From assembly GCA_000320545.1 (NCBI GenBank), contig ADNK01002342.1, positions 18,864-82,863 of the forward strand: a DNA stretch of 64,000 bases, given 5' to 3'. A program made the position numbers and the translations under genes. Below the pieces are notes generated by a model. The model saw only the letters and a program-made list of their open reading frames with translations. It ran no database searches and had not been told where the DNA came from. This DNA comes from Bigelowiella natans CCMP2755. Taxonomy: Eukaryota; Protista; Cercozoa. This document shows, piece by piece, positions 50,731 to 62,237 of the stretch (position 1 is the first letter of the stretch; each line of letters opens with the position of its first letter).

Positions 50731-51697
50731 GAGGCCAGTGGAATGAAAAAAAAAAAAGAAAGAAACAATGAAACAATGGGATGTGATCCACCGTTTGGAA
50801 ATCGACGAAATCCGTCGAGGATGGATTTCGATGATTTCCGGTGCACCTTCGTGAGCTCACAATGGTCTTCCACGGACGGAAATTGTTGAAAACTAAACAC
50901 AGTCATTTCGCATTGATTTTGCACAGTGCGACAACACATTTTAAAATCATCCATTGCGACCCTGTTCGCCATCCTTCGAAAGATGAGAACCCAATACTCG
51001 ATTTTACATGTACGACATCGTTAATATCGTGTCATACAGACGAGATCTAATCATTTTTATTTAAAAAAAAAAGAATGTCAATGTAGTTGTCGCATATCTG
51101 AAACTCATGTCTTTTTCCTCATGGACGGAAATCGTCGAGCAAACCTGCACGGAATTCCTGAGCAAGGCAAGTTCTTGCTCACGAAATTCGACCGCGCGAA
51201 ATTTTAAAAGTACTCACCGAATTTTTATGGGTCGGAAATCGACGATATCCATCCAAAATCACACCCTATGATGAAGAACCACATTTCCAAAGTGCAAAAA
51301 GCTTCAGTGAAATGACATCAAGGAAAACCGGCGCTCCGAGCCATTTTGCCCGAAAAAATAATGTCACATTGTTCCGAAAAAACAATTTCTCTCCGAAATT
51401 TGAACATGACAACAATGATGTGTCATCAATTTCATCGGAGAACTACGCAATGTACCACATGAACCGCTCAGGCGGGATTCACAAGGTCCATTTCCATGGA
51501 TTTCCTGATCGTTTTTCTTGGGGAAAATTCGGTGTATCTACCTTAGATCTAGATCTAGGTGCTGTTTAGGCTTTTTTCATCCCTGCCGTTACACGTCTGT
51601 GGGCGAGAAACAGAGAGGCGCCGCGCCTCCCGCTCGCTACACAAAACTGTTCACACACACCTCGCACATTCCTGTTGAAGTGTGGCCCTTGCGTAGC

Positions 51698-52936
51698 ATG
51701 GTGAACCATGTCAAGTTTCGCGCACATTTGCAGTTGCTTTTCTTCCTGATGCGAGTAGCTGCGTCTGTGGCTTCAAACGCGTCTCTAAATGCAATCTCCT
51801 ACCACCTGGGTGAGAGCATACCAGGGTCAATGCAGTACTCCACAAGTGCATTAGCCAACGATGGGCGCATATTCGCCATCCCATTCAACGCAGACAAGGT
51901 GCTCGTGATCGACCCATCCCGCAACACCTCTTATGAACTTGACGAGTCCTACCTTGGCATTAAGCAGTGGAACACAAGTACGGTAGCTCTAGACGGGCGC
52001 ATCTTTGCTCCGCCTTGCAGTTCTCAAAGAGTACTAGTGGTGGACCCAAAGTACAACAGCTCTTACTTGCTCCCCAAAAGCTATGAGGGCAGTCACTTGT
52101 ACGTCACGAGCATACTTGGTCAAGATGGCCGCATTTTTGCTGCACCCTACAAAGCAGCCTGGGTTCTCGTTATCGATCCTCCTGCCAACAGATCATATCG
52201 TCTTCCAGAACTTTATGCCAGCGAAGAATATTTTACGAGTGTGATGGCCGACGATGGACGCATATTTGCCCCCCCTTTATCATACTGCCGAGTGTTGGTT
52301 ATCGACCCAGCAGCTAACACTAGCTATCCGATCTCCACAGCTTGGAATAATCACGACATGTATAAAACTGCCACTCTGGCACGCGATGGTCGCATCTTTG
52401 CTCCCCCATATCAAGAGTCTAAGGTGCTTGTGATCGAGCCATTTCGTAATCATACATACCAGCTGAACATAACTATCAGTGGTTCATTTTTGACAAGCGT
52501 CCTGTCTGGCGACGGGCGCATCTTTGCTGCTCCGGCTGCAGGAAGTAAGGTGCTAGTTATCGATCCATCTCGGGATACTGCCATTGAGTTAGACCAGATA
52601 TATAATGGGAATGTGATGAAGTACGAGACGAGTGTGTTGGGGCCCGACGGACGCATCTTTGCGCCGCCTTTCAGTGATGCAAACCACGTGCTGGTTATGG
52701 ACCCAATGCTCAACACGTCCTACCAACTGAATGAGAATTACACAGGGCTGACGAAGTTTTCCACGGTCGTTGTGGCCAGAAACAATATTCTATATGCTGC
52801 GCCGTCGGGAGGGGCAGGAAAGGTACTTGCAATCGTCTCAACAACAACGACAAGCCCAACGTCCAGCCCAACGTCCACGCCAACATCTGCTGCTCCAACA
52901 AGAACACCGACAGTACAGGTCATAAATATACATATC

Positions 52937-52972
<36 letters not shown>

Positions 52973-53758
52973 TATTGAGAATATGCATGCTTGAAATTCA
53001 ATAATATACATGACACATATATGTACTATATACTAAGCTTTGAATTCCATTTGGAGGGATAAGCGGGAAAAGCGGCTCGTGTCTATCACTATAGTTGTTT
53101 CATCACTGCTCCGAACGCCCCCTTTATTCGTCATGCCCTCTTCGATTTAACCATCATTGCGACCGTCTCGAATACATAGGGGTCTGGCCCTTCCGCTCTC
53201 TCGGCGCAGTTTTCAAGAACCTATCAGCTTGCGAGGGTGACCTTCAACGCGGCGACGAACCAGCCGGCTGCAGAAGAATGCTCGACGTTTTTCAACGACT
53301 CGTCTGCTGCTTTGCTCGGAAGTGGAAATCGGTAGTACATGCATGGGGCAGAAAGCATTACACCGCCACACGGCGTAGTAGCAGCTAGTTTTCATGACCG
53401 TGAGCATTTCTTCGTATGATATAGCACTCGAAAACGAGCCTTGCAACTGACATTTACACTCGGTTACGTTATCCAGCTGCTACTGGGAAGATGCATTCGT
53501 GCTCGTTGTTGTGATGGGGACAGGATTCTCTTTGTCGCCTGGCGACAGTTTGGGCCTCCCAGGCGGCACAGTAGCATCAGCTAGCAACAGCAACCAACTT
53601 AGTCCGTACTCGGAAGTGGTAGTAGTAGTAGGGAAGCGGTAGTATGTAGCAGTAGCGCAGGTTGATGTACAGAGTTATCGAAACGGAGTGAGGGAGGAAG
53701 CTAGTTCTATTCTATTCATAAAAATATCAGAATAATACACACAAAATACACACAAAAT

Positions 53759-53828
<70 letters not shown>

Positions 53829-56800
53829 ATAATAGCATAATTCCGCTCCAAAATGTTCATATACAAATCCTTTCCGAGTATCACCGATTGAGCCCTGTGT
53901 TGCTTTATGGCGAACAACGTGGGCTTCCATTACTAGCACCATTGGTCGCTGAGGCGCTCCTCATTTGCTTATTACCACACATATCAGACCGTCTCTCGTG
54001 CAACTAGTACAACTCCCGTAAGTGTCGTCCTCTCTGGAGAGGCCACTATAGGCACCTGCGGAGGCATCATCGAAATCACTGCAAATGCACAAGGATCCCT
54101 GTCAAGGCCCTTCATGTAACGCACCGTGTATGCATTGACTCCAATCGAGCGACAGCTTGATCTCCAAAGTCCGGAAAGTGAATGATTAAATCGCGACATC
54201 TCTCTCTCTCCCTCTCTCTCTCTCTCTCTATCTCTTTCTTTCTCTCTACAGATACAATTGGACTGTCATCAACAGCACGGGCATGGAGTGGGAGAGCGAG
54301 CTGGGAGACCTCGCCCGAGAGGCAAGCTCCAACATCTTCTTTCTAAACGGCACGAAGATCCCTTTCGGAGAGAATGTGACGGTTGCAGTATCTGTGACAA
54401 ACTGGCTGAACGACTCCGCATCCTCCCAGCGCAAAGTGTCAAAGGTAGCAGTGCGCTGTGGGCGTTGTGCGAGAGACGTCGTGTTAGATGAGAAAGCGTT
54501 TCTTTGCCATTGTAAAGCGTTCCTGTGCCTTAGAGCGTGGGCCGCAATGAGACTTGGGATAAATGCTCTGCTCTGCTCTGCTCTGCTGCTGTATCAACGA
54601 ATAATAACCTAAATAGGTCAACGCTGTACTTCCCTCGTTGAGGTTGGCTACTTCCACGAACATCACGGTTCGGCGCAGTCGTGCGACGGAGTTAAACGTA
54701 CAGGTACATAACGACCGTTGTGTTGTCATAGTTGTAATTCTCTAAAGCGCGTAGCACGACGTAGCGTAGCGCGCGTAATTCACGCTATTTATAATCTCCG
54801 ACCCCCCCCCTAACCCCCCCCCCGCGGAATTTTGTTGTTCTCGTTATCCAGAAACTGCCTGAAATGTTATAATATAAAAACTATAAAATTATATAATACG
54901 GTGGCTGAAGTCAGCAAGCTAGGAGCTTTAGTTCTTCTCCCTCTCGTTAAACAAAACGCATTTTGCTCTAAAGTGGCCGCTAACTGAAACTTACTTACGA
55001 TGCAGGCTCGAACGCCGGATTGCTTGAACAATCTACGTATCGATAGTTTCTGGAGGCAAATAGCGGGGCCCAACCACGTCTCCCTCTCAAACTCTAGAGC
55101 ATCGTATGCCAACATTCCTGCACTTTCTCTCGAGCCGCTCAGCCTCTATCAGTGGCAATATACGGCAAATGTCGTGCAAATGTCTACCAACGCAACCCTC
55201 GGGCAGCAATCCGTTGTATTTACCTTGAACGTCGAAAACGAGCCTCTCCAGGCTTCAATCAAGGGGGGTGAGTATTGGATCTTGCGAGCACCAATGTCCA
55301 CAGACATTTCGAAGAGCTTTCCTAGATAGCCAGTCGAGTTGCACAAAACAACAGTAGCCTCGAGATCGATACCATTCCCATTTGACGTTGCTTATCGCCT
55401 CTCTCTCTGATCAGTGTTCCCCCGCCCCCACCCCTCTCCCCCCCTACCTTCTTCCCCCGTTGTTGTCCGAAAGGATCTACACGCAGCGTGCCTATTGTGC
55501 CGGGTGCTGCAGCATATACCATATCGATCGATGCGTCGCTTTCCACCGACCCCGCATATCCATATTCCCCAGAAGCGCTTATGTTCTCTTGGTCCCTCTA
55601 TGATACGTCAACGAATATCGAATCGAGCCTTACTTCGAATGACGCTGTCCTCTCTCTCTCCACTTCGCAACTAGCGGCAGATCGGTGCGACGGGTGTTTG
55701 TTGTGACCGTGCTCGTGCATGTGCATCGATTTGTACTTTTGGTCGTTCTTCCTCTCGGCTTTCATCGGAGTATTTAGAGAGTAGAGCACCGCACATTTAG
55801 ATTTTCTTTCAAGAAAACCATGCTTGTATCTGGTTTTGTAGCTAATGCGCTTATTTTCCTATGCAGACTTTATCTGGTAAGAGTGAATATCACGTCCAAC
55901 CGAACGCTCTCTGCAAACGCTACCGCGTCTCAATACCTCCTCACTTCGTCGCTACCCGTACCGAAGGTTCGAAGTAATCAAATAGAAGTAAACAAATATA
56001 TGCTTTGAATGCTCCTGGAGTATTAAATAGTTCTTAAGCTCCTAGCTCATAGGCTAATTTCTGTCGAGAGTTTACCCTCAATTATTAGTTTTTTCTGTAC
56101 CCACCGATATGGGCATCTTGCTCATTTTTAAAGCAACTCAAGTTACGCCTTAAATCCCGGCGACAATTGAATAGGTCAGTGTGGATGCCTCCTCCCCAGA
56201 AGGCGTCCAGGCAATCAGCCAGAAGCTAGTTCTCAGCGCAAAGGCGGTGCGCGCGGACAGCTCGAGCTCCGCCGATGACGACGCATCTTTAGCCTTATCA
56301 TGGGCGTGTGACTCGTCAGATCTCAACATCACTGACCGCAGCAAGTTGCGCTCTGCGATCGATGCAAGAACGCTCATCGTTGCCCCGGACGTGCTCATTG
56401 CGGGGAGAACGTACACTTTCAGCGTGCAAGCGTCGGTACAGTCAGGGGCTGTCGTGGTAGTAAATAACTAATATATACCTAGTTTATGGAAGAAAGAGAG
56501 ACTTACCAACTCTTTCATAATAAGACGCGCGACGATTATACCATTAATCGTTTTTCTGTACGCGTCGAAATCCTTAATCACTTGATTGCTTTCATCGACG
56601 AATACTATTATAAAAACTTGTGTTTTGGCGCTATTATCCTCACTATAACTCGGTTGTGCGCGAAACAACTCTCTCAGGCAACTGGGTCTGCATCGGTCAC
56701 AATTCGAACTAATGCTCCTCCGAGTGCAGGAAGCTGCTCCTCGTCGCCAGCCTCCGGCGTTGCTTTCGAAACAGAGTTCATTCTTTCGTGTGAGGGGTAC

Positions 56801-59800
56801 GTGGACGACGCAGAAGACCTGCCGCTCCGATATAAATTCCAGCTGGTACAAGTGAATAACGGGGAGAGCGGGTTGACGTCGCAGACACTAGCCAGCCCGA
56901 GCACCACGTTTCTGGATATTTGTCGCTTTCGCGAGCTGCAGTCCTACAAGACAAAGCTCGCGGGCTCTACTTCTTCTTCGGACGAGCGTGTCTTCGTTCG
57001 AGCTATCGTCAGCGACAACATAGGGGCAGAAGCTTACTCGCACTTCCATGTAAACGTGACCCAATCGGCCGCGACGAATCTTACAGAAATAAACGCAGTG
57101 CTCGAGCAGTACCTAGACCAGGGAGATACGCAGTCGTTTGTAGTTGAGATTGCCGCCGTGGCGTCGTTCCTCTCCTCTTCCGTCGGCGTATCTCAAACGA
57201 CAACATCGCTCGCGGGAGAAGAGCGCGAGGCGCTTCTGAGAAAGGCTTCACAAGTGGTACAGACGCCCGATGATCAGTCATCGTCGTCCACGTTATCTTA
57301 TCTCGTCGTCGCCACTATAACTGAGACTCTCACCGGGGCTTCTCGCGCTGACGAGATCACAGGAGACGTCGTCGACACAACGCTGGATATCATCGGGAGA
57401 ATAACCGAATCCTACGCTGAAAGCTCGTTTCTAAACGGGGATGAACTTAAGACCGTCACAGCTGCGAGCGGGGCTATTTCAAACATTCTTACAGCGGCCA
57501 ACACCACGGCCAATGCAAGCGCGAGTGGCCTCACCTCTAAGAGAACGCATCGTGTACTCTCCAACCTCACAACCATGCTCGCCTCGGGGCTCATTCCCGG
57601 CGAGGACGAAGTCGTCGTTGGGAGGGCTTTCTCCTCCGATAAGGTAGCAGTTTCAGTCGCCACGCGACTGATGCCTGTTGATGAGACTACGAACGTGACT
57701 CTCTCAAGCCTCGGAGGCGCTCTGGTAGGATTAGATTTAATCTCGGTCGGATCGGCTGACGGTGCGACGAGTATGCAGCTGGGCTATGTAGCCGTTGCAG
57801 GAGGGAGGGGAGGCTCGTTGTACCCCTTCGCCGAAAATATAACGAGTGCTTACACCAGCGGCCTAGCTGTAGTAGAGATCAAAGCCCTGATGGGCGTCGG
57901 GAATGCCGTTGCAATCGAGGTTGCCGACAGGACCAACACGCCCTTTCGGATTCAAATTCCGTCAGATGCTGATGGCGATGCGCTGCCCGCCAATGGCGTC
58001 GAAACCGTGGCCTTTCGCCAGTGTGTCTTCTGGGACGAAGTCTCCGAGTCATGGAGCGCGGAAGGCGTTGCGTACAAGGGCCTGAACGCCAATGGCCACC
58101 ACGTTTGTGACTCAACGCATCTCACCACGTTCAGTACGCGCCCCGCATTCCAGGTGCAGGTGAACACAGTGTCCGCTAGTGATGTGAAGAGCACCGATGC
58201 GTATGACCCTGCGAAAAGCCCGACGATGGCGCTCACCCTTGTCCTGATCGGGGCGATCTTGGCGCTGTTCACGGTCGCTGTTTTCCACGACAGGAGAACA
58301 TCTTCAACGCCCGAGGCCATCAAGGAAAACGGGCATGAATTCCACCGAAGCATGAACATGTCGCGCAAACTCCATCTCGAGGATCCTCGCTCCTCGTCCA
58401 ATTGGAATCGATCAATGTCGCTGGCCATACGAAGGAGGCACCCGTGGTTCTCAACGTTCATTCGAATGCATGGCGACTACCTGGACTCGAAGAAAAGAGT
58501 TCTCATCCTCGCGCTCCTCATCTTCAACGCGGCTGCTGTTTGTGCTCTCCTAGTCGGGACTGAGCAGAAGCTAGGTTACGTCCAGGGAAACGTCGCCATC
58601 GCAATCGTGGCAATGGCGATAGGATTTCCGCTGCCTTATGTTGTCACTACGATGTTCACGCGGGACACGCCAGACGCATTCAAGATCACCTTTGAGCCTG
58701 CGGGTTTTGTGAAGGTGATGCCGTGGTTGTTTTGGGCCGTGACTCTTCTCATGGGTGAACTCGAGACCGACTTTGGTCTTGCAATCGAGGACGAGGACGA
58801 CGCTGGCGCGGAAGACGGCGATGCGGACGATGCGAACCAAAATCGTGTCGACGAAGGAGAGGGAGACGAAGATGAAGACAGGAAGAAAGCAAAGAATGAA
58901 GCAGCGGCAGCGGCAATTGGGGCATTGGCAGGGGGGACAACAGGCCATGCTAGTGGCCTTTCTTCAAACGAGTCCAAGGGTAATAAATATAAACGGGTGA
59001 GAAGCATAAAGGCTTTCAAAACCAACTTGAACATAAACACATCAGCCCAATCTGTCGGTGTTGAAAGCACAAGAAACAGTGCCCATCAGCTCAAGCACGC
59101 AGAAGCGATGGAGAACTGTGACAATGCGCGCAGCGAAGCAAAATCCGAGCAGCGTCTGTTCGTACTCACTGAAAGCAGCAAACGAAGTTCACACCGAAAG
59201 CTAGCAACGGAAAAGAAAACAAAGCCAATAACATGCTGCGGGCGTCTGATCATGAACGAGCCCGTTAACCCCTCTTACGAAGAATGGGTCTTCACCGACT
59301 TCATTGGAGCGGCCATTTGCATCATTGCTGTCATCGGGTGCGCATTTTTAGTTGTTGTTTTTGCGCATCAAACTGCCCAAAGAGAAGGCGCAGACTGGAG
59401 CATCATGGTCGCTTCCCTTCTGACTTTGCCTCAAGATATCGGTGCGCGATTGTGCACGATTTTGTGGCTGGAGGCTGTTTTGACCGGTCCATGGTTCTAC
59501 GTGTTGTTTCCGTGTTGCATGCTGTGCGGTCTCTGCGCCTCGGATGGCGACGATGCCCGCGTTGCTGACTGCGGTCATACCTATCGGTTCGACGTCGATC
59601 AAGGCGTTTGCACATTGAATGAGCAAAATTTTGTGAGGCGCACGTATCCTCAAGCAGAAGAGGCCGGCGTACGTAGCGGATGGCGGTTAGTACGGGTGAA
59701 TGATGTTCCAGTAGAAACCAAAGCTGACTCAATTCGTGAGCTCAGAAGGGTCCACGCGCTGCAACGCTATTTTTACGCAACTTTCGACAGTTCGGCCACT

Positions 59801-59893
59801 GCCCGCCGCAAAGCAAGTGAGAAGCCACAACTCAGTGCGGCAGCAGAGAGTAGCAACGCAATTCAGTCTCCATCGCGTGAGAATGCTCTTTAG
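51698..59893 (+). CDS. Polycystin-1/PKDREJ-like membrane protein: signal, 8 beta-propeller-type repeats, Pro/Thr stalk, REJ region, GPS motif, multiple TM helices, C-terminal PDZ-like domain; multi-exon
   Basis: Seven DGRIFAxP..VLV.DP repeats plus one degenerate. Linking exons (CYWEDAFVLVVVMG, IDASLSTDP, LSWACD). NAPPSAGSCSSSPASGVAFETEFILSCEGYVD..DLPLRYKF. GPS CVFWDE..SWSAEG...CDSTHLTTF. PDZ-like QAEEAGVRSGWRLVRVNDVPV. Joining the propeller exon to the REJ exons is inferred. Confidence 0.78.
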
Positions 59894-62237
59894 ATGATGT
59901 TCTAAAAGGATGATTGACGAGATGGTGAATGATGGTGCCAGTCGGTGATGATCCCTAAGATCATAATGAACAGTTTGATGTGCTTGGCCACACTGATTGC
60001 AAACAGTTTTGCATCGTTGTCTAGAACGTTGTGGATGACAGCATCGAATTGTTGCAATGAGTCATTTCTGCGCAGCCCATTGCGATGAAAGATTGCAAGA
60101 TCAATCTTCGCTAACTGGCTCATGTGTGCTCATGCACAGCAGGCAATTGCATGCAGACGTATGCACCCGTGCAGATGGCCCCGACTGCGCAAAACGCCGC
60201 AGCATTGTCATTCACGCAGGTTTTGATCATTGCTGAGAATGCGCATGCATGATCACACCAGCTGTGTGAGACGCGGCGGCTCGAAAGATGGGTTGAACAT
60301 TCTGATGTTGAGTGATTTTGGTTTTGTCTGATGATGTTGTGACCGTCCACACCAGCTAGCCAGATGCACGGCAACTACTGCGCCGATTTGGCACTGCGCT
60401 ACGCGATGTTGCGTTGAATCAAATGTTGCAACATCACGTGGGATGTTGTGTCGCGTTGCCTCAATTGGACTTTTCCGCCAATTTTGGCACGTGTCGTGTC
60501 AATGTGTCATCACAGAACCACCGACATTGAAAACATCGACAAACACATCGCACGCACGGGCAGACATTTTCCAAACCTGTCATGCAGTGGACGCACGTGG
60601 CTGCGCGGTTGAGGGCCCCCCTGATCGAGGGCATTGAAGGATTGTGCGTCTTTGTCCCAAAGATGTCCTTCAAGGAACCCAGTCTTGCAGCTTCGAAACT
60701 CAATTTCGACTCATCATTCCTAATTGGTGACAAAGATGCGCGTGACGTCGCTTCCTCTAGAAATGCCAGTGCACTTTCCAATGAACTGAGCACACAAAAC
60801 ACGCATGCACATTGTCTTCAGACCGATGCGGAAATGACAGAGTGAGACTGCGACTCGAGTTTTCACACAGGGCTGTGATGAGGCGCGCCAAATCGATGAG
60901 AAACCGTGGAACGCAAAACAGCTGTGGCAATGCATGACTCGTTAGGTCACGCGCATGAACACAAAAGTCATGTTTGGATGATCCCAAATTGCCCAAGACA
61001 TCCGCCAGTTTTCTCCAAATCGAAACTCCTGACGTCATTGTGCACACATGTAACTCATGCTCATTGAACTCTGCCAATGGACCGTTTCGACAAAAAGAAG
61101 ACACTCTCATCACGCGCTGCTAGGCTGCCTTGTTTTTTGCTGTGCACCGCACGTGAGATGGTGCTGCATTGAGAAACTCAATGCACTCCCACAACACGCC
61201 ACATGCTAGCACACGTGCATGCTGGCATGTCTGGATGTGCACGCATGATGTCAATCAATGTGGACATTCCAAGTGCTGTCTGCGATGATGGACATGCAAT
61301 GTGATGTGCACACAACACATGCACCACATTGCTGTGTCCATCATGAACAAATTGCGATGCACACTCATGACAGACATGCAATATGTGATGTGTGTGCAAT
61401 GTGCACACCACATTGCTGTGTCTGTCATTGCGACTCAACAGAACAGGCCCCGCCCGCCGTTGGGAGTGTCAGGAGCAAGGATTTTCACCGACTTCGACGA
61501 CATTTTGGACAGGTCCTGCTTGGCGACACCTGACGCCCCTTGCTAGCTTGCACACACATCACAAAGGCGACCGAAGCAACGACCGACCAGGTTGGATCTA
61601 GCTGGGTCAGCGCAAAAAGCGCCAAAACCTGAAGCCCAAAATGAAGCACCGCCGGAATGATCGCGGCAACGGCGATCTCGGTGTGGGGAATGCTAGAATG
61701 CCGGTGATCTCGGCCATGACATGAAGGCGCCCGCGCCCATGATTGGCGGCATGATCTGGACGCCGGTACGGTTGAGACCGCGGCCTCGACCGCATGCATG
61801 CAAAATGCATTCAATTTGGGACGTACGTGCTAGCGTGCACACATGCAAAGTTGGTGAAGTGTCATTGTGCGCATGTGCTAGCATGGCGACGCGATGCGCA
61901 CGTGCATGCGTGCACGTGTGAGCACAAGCGTGTTCACGACATACAAAAGGGACGCAAATGTCTAGAAGTTGCGAGCAATGATGCACTACAACATGGCTAT
62001 AATGGAGACAAGCAATGCATGTGAACACCCATTGTTGTTGTCCAGTATGGGGACCTATTCTCCCGCATCATCTTCGCTTCTTTTCTTCGCAAAGTCAATG
62101 TCACCGCCGTCTAGAGGAGAACATTTGTATTTAGGTTCGTGAAATTATGATGTAAAAGAAGGACATCATACACACGTGTGCACGACACACACACACACAC
62201 ACACATACACACAACGAAAATATTGCGATTAAGTTGA

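Noticed and set aside
47085-50893. Classical RIP or CpG methylation decay as the cause of TG/CA excess
   Set aside because: RIP increases TpA. CpG is plentiful here while TA is absent, and the RT Tyr codons show TA was the ancestral state.
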